64,000 bases of DNA from Pocillopora damicornis (taxonomy: Eukaryota): NCBI RefSeq assembly GCF_003704095.1, contig NW_020843934.1:1-64000 (forward strand). Reading direction: 5' to 3'. Shown piece after piece: positions 37,049 through 49,200 of the stretch. The notes below the pieces were generated by a model. The model saw nothing but the letters and a program-made list of their open reading frames with translations, made no database searches and was not told the origin of the DNA. Numbering within the stretch: position 1 is the first letter of the stretch; each line of letters opens with the position of its first letter. The position numbers and the translations under genes were made by a program.

Positions 37049-38704
37049 TTAGTAGAAAATGATTATACAGTGTTTCATAACTTCACAACAAGACAGACTC
37101 GTGTTTACCTTTATTTTGTTTACAACCGCGCGCACACTTTTAAGCGACTCTCCCAACTCATGAGCCACCATGGAATAGATAGCGAGAGGAGCAGCTAATT
37201 AGACCGCAGTATTTGTGAAAGAACGTGATTTGATTTATACCAAAAGAGTATAGGTGAGTCGATTAGCATTTTCACCGAGATTAAAAGCTTATGACTTCAG
37301 GAATAACTGCGTGAACATGTAACTGAAAAAAAATCAGGTCTAAAGTGAAAATTTGTGATTGCAGTATCCGTAGAAGTAGGAGGGTCACTTTCCATGTGTT
37401 TCCTATTTTCATGATGCTCACATAAAAAGATTGCAAATGGTTAGAGTGCACCCTTAATCGTGTTAACGAGAAAACAAAGCTAAAGCTATTGAGTTTGCCG
37501 CCATGTATTTGACCCCACTTCCGGGTTTCAACTGTATTCTTGGAGTAGGCTGCGTGTTGTATTTTATCACATAAATGAATCACGCTCTAAATCATGCAAA
37601 GTGTCCATTTTAAGATCGCGGTAAAGCTGTGTCTGTCGTCGATTACGGGAGTTGAGGAGCTGGTGATTAGGAGAGTGCATCGCGTTCAAAATATATATTC
37701 CTAGTACTTTCCCCTAGACAACTCGACATTTTGTGGTGGGAGTGAATTGGTTGCATGGTGAATGACAAAAAAGAGGGCGGTTTACGATTCAGTAATATGA
37801 ACGATATTATCAACCAGTAAATACGTATAACATATTCAACCAACAGCAAGACCTTGAATAAGACAACCCTGTTTCGTGTAAGTTCGGCTACTTTTCATTG
37901 CCATTCTCTACAGAAAACAACAAGAAATAGCCAGTTTTTTTAAAAATATTTTGGAGAATGTGAACATAGAGGGTAGAAAACTTGTTTTCCTTTCTGGAAA
38001 CTAAATTTCCTCCCTTCAAATATTTAGCGTAAGATATTTCTGACGCCGTACGGCACACTTTTGTAAATGCATTCAGGCCATGGTGCTATAGCAGACTTTA
38101 ACGTTGCAATACACTAACAACGTTGTGAGAATCCAACTGCCAATCAATTTGGTATTTGACTAATTACCAGGCCATCCAAAGAAGCGTGCCTGGCTCAAAG
38201 AGACCGATAAGCTGTAATCACTGTGACAACACGGAAATGACCCAATTGAAAGTAGATTTATTGAGCTGTTACAGTTACAGGATTAGTTCTGAAGATGTTA
38301 TGCGGTGCGAGTGATGATATGCAATGATACCGTAAAGTTATTTGCGGGGAATGCACATGAATGCCTGTACAGGAATAATTATAGTAACATATCGAAGGTT
38401 CGAGCAAGACGGTCAATGTAGATTAACACCGAAGACTGATTTTGATGAATGTTGCATGCAGTTTCCATCACGAAAAGACCTTAAAGTCAAGTGTGTCTAA
38501 AATTGTAATTGAATTAACTCATCTATATAAAAACCCACACCCGGGCATGGTATCGGCTCAAACCGCCTTCGTCTACGCTGCGAGAGGAAACCATTTCCTT
38601 TACGTGTGGAATCTAACGGCAGTCTGCAAAAAGATATCGTAGCAATTGACCAGTTTGGCTCAGAAGATGTGAAGCAATCAGTCAGTAAGTGAATTGTGTG
38701 TATT

Positions 38705-38740
38705 CCCAATGGTGTGTTTGCGTGTGTGTGTGTGTATGTA
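38705..38740 (+). repeat. (GT)n microsatellite
   Basis: GTGTGTTTGCGTGTGTGTGTGTGTATGTA. Confidence 0.7.
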
Positions 38741-41700
38741 CGACCGGCGCTTTAAGAGTGCTGTCTTGAAATTATACGTTGCAGAGCAAAACAGTCCAAA
38801 TCGATATTTCTTCGCATACGGCGACAATAAAACGTATCGGTGACTGCTCCGATCGATTTTTTCTAGCCTTTGAATTTTGGGAAGCCTTAGATTCTAATAT
38901 ATACACAGAAACAATCCAAAGGAAAGTCATTACGTTGCAGTCTTTATACAAAAAGGTCAGAAAACCCTGAAAAAAAATAAACGGTACATGCACCAGAGCT
39001 ACTTATAGTAGACTTTAAGTCCATACTCATCGAAAAAAAATTGTGCGACTAAATTTTTTTTAACTATTGAAAGTCAAGGAGCATTGTAAGCAGTACAAGT
39101 AACTTTATGTAAATGCTTACAACGCGCAAACTTTAAGTTGAGGTTCAAAAACAGGGTTGCCATGTCGACAGAGTGGAAAATTGAAACCAACTCTTGTAGC
39201 ATGTCAAACAAGATCATGTGAAAGTAGTTTTTGTTTAGAGCCTGAAAATTTAGTGCCATCTCGAACAGCATGATAAACGGTAACACGACAACATACGGCT
39301 GCCTTAGAATGGTCACACGACTCTAAGATTGTATCAACAGCTTTACAACTTAAGGCAATCTCGGACAGCATGAACAACAAAACCACATTGGATAACAACT
39401 CAGTAGCTCATATCTGAAAGGTTCCAACCGAGGTTTTATATCCAGACTTGAAATTTGAACTTTTTTTTGGACAGTTTAAGCAGGGATTTTAATAATATTT
39501 TCCCATAAGCGGCTGCTAATGGAGTTAAAGGTGGCTCTGCCCGAAAAACGGGCCGTATCGTGGGCTAAAGTAGTCTGCAAACATACTTATGTCCCGTTAT
39601 ATCGCCTTAAATTTTGAACCCATTACCCCAGCTCGCTATCCAGTTCTGGAAAGAGACATTTGATGATCGTTCTATGGCTAATAAGACTTTTATCTTTACA
39701 AGTACATCGCTCAAAGGCCTATTGATATTATGTTAGTTTTTATGCGGAAGTATTTTACGCAAGAAATTGCTTTCCGGATTGTTGTAAGATCTCCGAACAC
39801 ATGGTTGCAGAGATGTGCCAGTTTTGGTTAAATCCCTACTTCTTTTTATTTTTTCGGAATAAGTCATGGCGTGCCATTACACGTACGTCATTATGACGTC
39901 ATGTAAGCCTTTTATTTGTTCCCTAAAAATCCCTGTGATGCATCACAATCACAAGCAGAGATCTGTCAGTAACTTCAATCTGGTCAGTCTGTGTAAACCT
40001 GTGTATACCCTAGGAGTCTAAAAACATTCCTTCGCTTTATTAAGCTTCTAGCTTCTTGAAGCAAAGTGTTTGGCCACAATCACGACTTCATCAGTATCGG
40101 CTGAGAATATCCGGTAAGTAACTTGAATGCAATTTAGTTCAAGCAACAAAAACAATGGAAAGTTATTGTAATGTAATTTGTTAGGTTGGGTATCTTCTAA
40201 TGAGAGTAAATTAACCGCAATGACTGTTGCCACTGGAGTCTCTAGTGGCTGACATGAGCTTGTTACAAGTTTGTTTGGACAAAACGGGAGCAGAAAACTG
40301 TTTTCTTCCAGCTAAACTCCATCTCTTCAATTGTTGCGTAGAGTTGAACTTAAAAATATGCGGAATTCGACTTTACTCACGAACTAATGATGCGCACGTT
40401 TCTCATACAACAAAGTTTGGTGGAACAGGCGATATTACACTTATAGGGCAAATACTAATTTAACTGATGAACCCTGAAGAGTGCGTATATTGTGCTGCTG
40501 GCGTTTAAAATGATAAAGGGACTGGTTCGTGGGATCCCTCTTATGACACATTGTACTGCACACATGTCAACGACTAGCCATATTGCTTTTTCGTGGGAAC
40601 GACCATACGTTAAGCAATTAAGAAGGTACATCCAAAGAATATAGGCTCAGAACTACCTTCTAAAGCAAAGTTTTAAAACAGTTACTCGCTAAAGCACTGC
40701 TTAACAACAGCTTAACTGTGTGATTGGTGGTACAATAGGATTTTATCCAAAGACTTAGCTAAGCATAATAAGCAGTACTACACAGACGTGCTATGTATTT
40801 GATTCCAATGACGTGTAACGCCCAGTTGGTGCAGCATTTATAGACTTTCGACTGGTGACATATGAAAGAATTGTTCCGATATGGTTTTCACTGAGATACC
40901 GAAATCAGAGGGGCTTAAGTGAGAACCATCTTGCACAGCGTGGTGAAAAAAACACTTGGGAAAGCAGTGCTTAGGAACTTTCAGTAATTCAACCCTCAGT
41001 TTGATTTCACTGTGCAGCGCATTTTGATTTTCCGTGAAAGCGCAGTATTTTTTTCCCACAAACTTTGTACCCAAGACCTGCCATGATATCTTCCCAGGGG
41101 ACTGCTCCAAGTTTACAAACTCTCTTTATAACAGTACACCTCTCATAGCTCCAGAAAAACCTTTTAGTAAGTTATTAGCTCCTGAATATGTTCTAGACCT
41201 TAGCTAGTGGCATAACTTAGTATACATGCTTTTTCACTGTGGTCGATAACTTGGCCTGACCAATGTTTCGTGTTGGCAACCAGGATTGTTTACGCGAAAG
41301 CCATTGTCTGGTTAGACGTTAGTCTGCTTCCTTTCCTTTGTCTTGTGGAAGAATAAACACTTTGGTAATACGATTAGCGCTTTTAAATTGTGGCGTGACG
41401 TGGTCTCCAACTAAACGAAAAGCCTTTTTTTATTTCAGGGGTTTTTATTCTTGACTCGCCGTTGTGATCAGAGCTATGCGAAAAAGATCGGCAAACAAAA
41501 ACAATTCTTTCATGCTTTGGTCTAAGTTAAAGAAGCTATTCAAACAGAGAGATTGAACTAATAACAAGATTTCAAACTGATTTTAAATTAACTTAGCGCT
41601 GTGGAAAATCCGATTGAAGATTCGTAATTAATTCTTCTCTTTTGATGAGACGCCTGAAACATGAATGATCGTGGGTAATTGGTAGCGCTTTACACGAAAG

Positions 41701-44700
41701 TGGAATTTGTTTCAAATGTGTGCTGGCGACAGCGTTGAAATCAACACGCTGAGCCAGAAAAACAAACACATTTGCCTCTGGTGACAATTTCCTTTCTATT
41801 ACACCTTGTTTACATTCAAGACTTGTTAAGAATCGTGGTGTTGGTCACCAATAGCGATAACAGGATTTAAAGTTCATAAGCTGTTTATAATTTACACGTT
41901 TTTTTTCTTTCAGCACGCGTTAATTTTCGACAACAGTTCTAAGAAGCACACGTATATTTTTTTGGACGTGAAGATCTAAGGGAGGAGGGAAGGTTGCGCG
42001 TTGCTTAATCGGAGTGGGGAGAGGGACTGCCTTGTTGCACAAACGGCTGCAGTGTTATGTCGTGCGACCTGATGGTTTAAGAATTTGCAACGGAAACACG
42101 TTTGTTGGTAAGCGCGCGCGTGTAGGTTTGAAATAATCCACGCATTACCGGCTAAGTGAAGGGCATAAATTGTAATCCTTTGAAATCGCGAATTCAATGA
42201 AACATCCTGATCACGTTCTACAAGAAAGTTATGACATAACAACTCCTTAACGTACCGAAAAACTGGAAGCCTTTCTCTGCAGTGTTTCACAAGTGAATTA
42301 TTACAAAAAGAGGTTTTAAAGATTGAGGATCAAAACGTGTTTCTTAAGAATCATTTAGTCCTGTTCTGTATGTTCCCAAACGTGGCCACCAGCCAACGTC
42401 AATAAGCATCTACCTTGTTGGCAGGGCAAGGGATATTGTCAAAGAAATTAACATGCGTGCCCAGGTTTTTACCTGATTGGTTATTTAGCCTTTAAGCCTT
42501 AAACCGAAAATTAGTAACTGTTTCTAAAGGTTTCGATTCCGAGTCAGTCGGGGAGAACGTTATTTCTTGGAGTGTTCTCGTTTGGCTTTCTTTGATGTAC
42601 AGTGCGAGTCAGTCAAGTTTTTTTCTCGTGCCTGGAAGTATTTATTTAAAACTTTTGGGCCTAAAATGTCTGGTTTTAAGCTGGTTAAAAATGTTTACCA
42701 AGAGAATTGACTTATCTTTTCAATCGGTGTTATGTCTGTTGATATTACCAGCTTGAGCTTCGAAAGTGTCTAGGGGGTCGCTTTGTTTAGTGACTGGTAA
42801 GACTCGTTACAAATGTGTCTCTTTCTCAACCAGTGACCATCGCGACATAGTTGCACATGTTTTCCCGCCCTAGAGCCCTTTGGGTTCTTTTTAGGTCTCA
42901 TCTGATCGGTTCCTTGTGGTAGCTTGACCCAAATCTTCATTTTGAATGACTTAATCGACACGCTCACTATATGTATTTACCAAAAAGATAATAGGGCCGC
43001 GAGGATAGGGTCATGGGATGAGAGAGGCTTATGAATTTGATTGGTTAAGAAAGTGGCGCGAGTTTCTTGACAAATCACATAACGGAGTAAAGCCAATCCG
43101 AAGCGTTCTAGGCCGATTACTTTTTTGAACTCTTGAAATAGCTCAGTCCATTTGTGTACCATCTTATCCATCCTTGATGCTTTTCGACTTACGTATCATA
43201 GAACTCAGCCTAATTTTTCAACATCAAACAACGTCAAAACAAGCTGAAATAGAAGTGTTCAAGATACCTTTTCGAAACATTTACCGCATGGGGTCAGCAA
43301 AGCATTAGAAAAATTTAAGACCAAGTACAACACAGATCTGAAAATTACTGGGAACTTCATGTGTGATAAGGCTTGTTGATAGAGTACCATTAAAAAAGCC
43401 TGAACCTCGAATTGCTGTACCGTTATAGAATTTAGGGGAGCTCTTACGAAGATAAGAGTTTTCACACATGAGCAGAATTCCGATCGAAGCGGCACAATGC
43501 GCTTAATTCCGGCAAATTCGACTGCGAAACCGATGACTAATTCGTTATTTTGGTACGCTGCTTGACGAAGTCCAACAACTGAAGAGTGCTTGTTCTAATC
43601 CGAGTGCTTTATCCAATTTTGTTGGTATTTGTCTTCTTATTTAGGCGATTCCCTCTTACAGCAATTATTTTTAATTCTAAACCTTTTTTTATCTACTTTC
43701 TGAGATAATTCAATCATTTCAGAACGATGTGTTTGTCTTTCATGATACTTCCAAGCAAGTAAACAACAAAATGTTTTTTTATGCATTGTTATGGCTGGTT
43801 TCGCTTCAGATTTGTATCGCAGGGAAATGAAATAAAGACAAAAGGCTTCTAAATTTAGACTGATACAACTTGAAAGTGGATTACTCGCAAGTTAGAGGCA
43901 AATTGAGCTTAAAACATGTTAACTCTTCAACAGTATTTTGCACTGACATGGAATCAAGTCATCTCTTTGGTAATGTAATCATCGGCACAAGGAAATTGGA
44001 CAAACAATCTTTTTGCAAAACAGATTATTGTAAAGCTGCGCATGACAAAGTCTAGAAAGTAATTTGTTTATTTAGCTTGCCGGTTTACGGATTATTTTCA
44101 TCAGAACAAAACTACTTAAGGCGATAATCCGTACGCGATGTTAGACAATGACTGTCGGGGAAACGCAAAATTTGTTTTGTCCAAATCCCACTTATAGGGG
44201 CAAAAGTGTGTCCTTGACTATAAACGAACAAGCTTTGTAGAATAAGCAATTAATTTGCTGGCTTTAAGAGGTGGGATGGCGTAAAAAAAAAAAAATTCAG
44301 GCCTCAGCAACTATCTGTAGTACTTGAAATGTAACCGCAACCGAGATGAGCGCCCTGATACTAATGTTTGCGTACATCTAGTGGCTTGAAGCCCGTTTTG
44401 GAAGTCTCAACTTCGTGCGTACATAGTTGAGGTCTTTGATGCGACTTTATGTTGGGTTCAGGAACTTTGATTCCTCCTGAAGTCTGCAGGAAATCACGAC
44501 GCTCTGAGTGGAGCTTTCTAGTTACATGAAAAAATAAAGAAAAAATTCCGCAAGGCTTTCACATGTTTTGTAAAAGATCAAGAAAATTTAAACTGTGTCA
44601 TTTTTGCCATTTAATCTCTAAAAGCGTTACATCAAAGGGTGTAAGTCTGGAGTTTGTGACAGATCCTTCCATTCAATTTTTTTTTGGATCCCTTCCATCC

Positions 44701-47700
44701 ATTTAATCAAACACTTCCTGGTTTTCATACTTTTGACAAGAATCTGTGGTCATGGTCACATTTCAAGGAGTATGAAGTTCCTGCCATTTCTCGAATTTGT
44801 ACAAACTAAGACGGTTTTTTTTGGCTTTTCCTGCCCTGATATCTCCAATCTTCTCCTGCACTGTCTGAAGTCGCGCTCAAAATAGACAACTTCAGTGCCC
44901 TGTTACATCTCTAAGTTCCGAAGATATCAATTCCCCGTTTCATGCAAAACATAAGTGTCACTGCGCAACAAAGTTTCCTTAGACAGTAGTTTTGTTTCAG
45001 CGGTTTATCAGCTGTGAGTTCATAAAGCACTACGACGACTTCTTTATAACTCTAAGATTTGAGCAAATTGCCGTGGAAATAAAGACGTGTAAGCTACGAA
45101 ATTCTGTTGAACATCGTTGCAATTCCCTTGACTTGTTATCTGATTGGCTGGCTGCCATCCAGAAAACTGTAATAAGACAAACACTGTCATGAACGAAATA
45201 GTTCAGTGTACCCAGAATTTTTTTTTTCTATCATTTTTTTATAATTACGTTGTAGGGGAGAAAAGATTGGTAATTTAACTCACGAAAATTCTCGAAATTT
45301 TAGCTGAATTGCCTAAAGGATTATATGTGATACATACAAGGCTCTACTTAGGACGTGATTTTAGTGTCATCTCTTGCGGAAACTAAGGAAATTGCCTTCA
45401 AACTCGATAAACAGAGTAAAGCCCTAAAGTAATCAGTCGTTAGGGCAGAAAAACAACAAATAAGTAAGGATGAATCTGAAGGAAGAAAATTGTTCATGAC
45501 GACGAGAATTAGGATGTACTGTGAATAGCCAGTAGCAAAAAAAGTCATGCTAACTTTTTAAGAGGAGGAGACACAGACAAGGGTTACAAAATACTCCTCC
45601 GCATTTGGGCCGTTTTTTTTCCGGTTTATCAGAGTTTCATCTATCTTCTCATCAGGACTTTCCTATTATTAGTCTGTGATCTTCTGTCGCAACACACGTT
45701 TTCAATTATCTGTTGCTATTTTAAGTGCTAGAGAACTTTCCGAGCTATCAGCAATTTGATATTGTTTCAATCAACGACCTGATTCTTGAATTGTCTCATG
45801 CGAGGGGGTCGTTCGCCTACACAAAACACAGACACCAGCAAAAAGTATGTTTGAAACGCTTATTTGGCGACTACAAAAACGTTTTCAACACGAGAGCCTT
45901 TTTGCGGGTAGGTGGAGCGCTGTTGCTTCCTGCAAGACTGGAACACTTTCGTTACCTTAGATTTACCACCGAAGCCATCAGATCAGTGGGTTTTAACTCA
46001 TATTGGAAAGAGGTAAATAGTAGATCTTGGATTTTATTCGGTTTGTCGCCAGCTTGGCTATTTTCAGCTTTCGCATTAGCATCTCATTTGACCTAAAGAA
46101 CTTGAGACGTTTAACCATATTTAACAAAGGTATGCTTTGAATTTGCATGGTTTTGTGCCAAAGAAGAGCTAGAACTTTCCAGCTGAAGAGGCTGTTGCTT
46201 AACAATAGTAGGTTTCATTTGCGCATTTGATTTCTCACCTTCGTTCATAGGTGCTTTAAAATCATACCGTTTAGCTTTTTTCCCAATCAAGAAACAGCCA
46301 CGCTTGCGATGAGATCTGTCCATGGCTCATCAATTTAAGTTTTTAACAACTCACCTCGTCCCCTCCGTAAAATGTCAATTGTGTTGCAGCCTGTCTTTAA
46401 ATGGTTATCGCTTTCAACTGACAACAACTCGTTCAACGGCTGAAGCGTGTTCTTTGGACATCTTTATCTTGAAAGTTAAGAGATGGAAGGAAATCTTGTC
46501 CATGGGGGAAAAAAATATCGCAATGAAGACGCCATGAATTTATAATTCTGAGCGCGAGCTTTATTTAGACGAGAACATTTCGACTTTTCTATCATATCGT
46601 TAAGGGAAAGTTCAGCTAGGTAGTCAGAAATTTGCCTCGCAGAAATCGGATGTATGTATAACACTATCTATCTATCATTCGCGAAAATCCTGTTTGTCGA
46701 TTATTCACTCTCATTTCAAAAATATATCAAGAATTATTTGTTCTGCCTTAAACGCTTAATCTTAATGGAATATCTAGATTACGTGCTCGATATAAAGATG
46801 TTTTTACCCCATTTTGTTTTAGTTGGCGTAGAAATCTCAGAAAAAACAACATCGGATGTTTAGCTGATGAAGAGCGCGGAAAAATAAATGGTCGGTAAAA
46901 ACGCTGTTTCAAAGTAACCATGATTGTTTCCTAATTGTTAAAACGTTTTTAGAAAGTTATATCTTATGATTCACGTTTTATCTCTCAATCTAACTACTGT
47001 TGTCGGATTAAACAATTATTTGAAAGGAAGAAAAAAGGACAAGAAAGAAGAAACGGGCAGATACAATCAATTGAAACGTCTGGTGAATTCGCGTAAGTTT
47101 TTACGTTTGGTCAAATTACCATCACGTAGATGAACGAATCTAGATTTGATTAACATCTCGCGTTCGCGGGTGACCTACGGAAAGTGACTTCCACGCGTCT
47201 TCCACGCAAGCGTTCGCGCACGTGTCCAGAAGTATTTTAGTTATCTGGCAATGTTTTTCGAATGTTTCCGTTTTCAATGGCTCACTGTTGAGCTGGTTAA
47301 AAAAAAACTATCGCTCAAGTCACGGATAAGCCAAGTGCGCAAGGTCACCGCACGAGTAATTATGCAATCTCTTGTTAATAAATTAACAAAGGAAAACCAC
47401 AGGGAGGAAGTTTAAAGAAAACAAATATAGTAAAACAAATAAATTCCCAAGTGTGGCTGTACTTTAGGTGGTTTAGTAAATTTAGCGTCACGCTAGCATT
47501 GCGGTGGTGGTGGTTTCACTCACATTTTTTCCACAACTCGAGAAGCATCAATGGCTGAGAGAAAGACAAAATATGCATGTTAATTTTGTGTAATCAGCGG
47601 GCTAGCAACGCGAAACTTAATACTGACGCGACAGCCAACGAAAGAAACACAAGGTGTCCAGGGTCACTTTACTCGATCGATAACACTTTGAGTTAAAGTT

Positions 47701-49200
47701 TAACCTTCATTTGGCGGGAATTTTTTTTTTCCTGAAATGAAGTTTAGGAATTCTGCGCAAGATATGACTGACGGTCTATCTCTGCAGCGAGTATGTTGAG
47801 TGAAAAGTACGTAGTGGTTAGCCTAAGGTCTTCGCTCTGCTTTCTCTTAAGTAACCTCTCGGAAGTGGGAAGCCTTGTCAATAGCATTTTTACTTAACTA
47901 ATGTTTTGGTTTGACGCCTACCAAAGGAAAATAATTGGTGCGTCGCTTCATTGCATTTTTCTGCCACACGAGAAAAACTCAATGACTGCAGTAACAGCTA
48001 TATAGCAATTTTCCTGTGCATTCGCACTAACTGTAATTTTTTTCTTTCTATTTCTGCCAACGCATTGGTCTCGGGTTTACTTTTGTTTTGCATCTGTGTC
48101 CTTTTCTGTCCCTCATGAAAAGTTTAAGCCACTTAGAAGAAGGGTCGCGGTTAAGAATCCACAAGAATTTCCGGAAGACGAAGACCCTTCAATAAATAGT
48201 GATTGATTAATAATAAATCCTCTAATTAGCTCAGCTTTTGGGCCTGCCGAGCAATCAGGACGAAGAATAAGCTTTTAATTAAGTTATAATGCAGCATAGA
48301 ACTTCAATTGTAATGAAAGGAGAATTCGGTTTTTTTTCTTTAATAAATCTTTAATCAGGGCAGCAAGAGAGAGCGATTGATTTTTAGAAACAATACTCAG
48401 CGCTTTAAGTGAGACCCAATGAAAACAAAGTACCTTTGTCTTTCAATAATAATAGCTTTGACACCTTTCTTAAATGCTGCAAGTGAACAACTACAACTGA
48501 GTCAGTCAAAACATTGTTTGGTCGGATAAAACACTCTTGGCAGTTGTTTGCATTTAGGCGCCTGAATGCTAGCTTAGCTGGCTGAAACTTTTGGGAGATT
48601 GTCTGTGTCTGCATTTCCGGTGGAACTTTTGCACCCATGATTAACTCGCGAGTCATTAAACTTGCCGAATTAACTTGGTAAATCTGTTGAGTTGTTAAGT
48701 CTTCGGTTGAGCAGATCGGGCGCGCACACAGTCTGTGTTCACGGTTGTCAATCAAATCGCGTTCGAGGCTGGTGTCGTGTTACAGTCGGCCTGTAGCTAA
48801 TTTTAGCGTAGATAACTTCACCATTAAGGGTAATTTTGTGTATGCGTGAGTGCATCTTGCCCTTTAAGATTGTGACATATATTTTTTTTGTTTCCCTCGA
48901 AGGTTCCTGACGTCGAGGGAGCGATTTACATGACGTTGGAGTGCGTGGAAGTTCGATCTTTAAAGACGTTTTGTTGGTTTACCTGTCGAATCGTTTCGCA
49001 AACCTGTTTGATTTAAATATGCGAGGGAAGGAAGTGTAATGTCTCGGAATCTTGAGCATTGTTGGTCGAATCATTGCGTGTCGCTCCGCAGATCTGTTAC
49101 TGGGAAATATTGCAGTGTTTGGAATCTGTGTGCAACGAATTTTACCAACTTTCGCTAACATCTGAAGGTGCAATTGACGATCTATAGACTGTAAACGATC

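Noticed and set aside
45625-45665. Hammerhead-like CTGATGA...GAAAC on the minus strand (similar at 29085 and 46864)
   Set aside because: Stems I-III cannot be formed around the core.
45725-46096. 123-aa ORF
   Set aside because: Non-ATG start and no recognisable homology.
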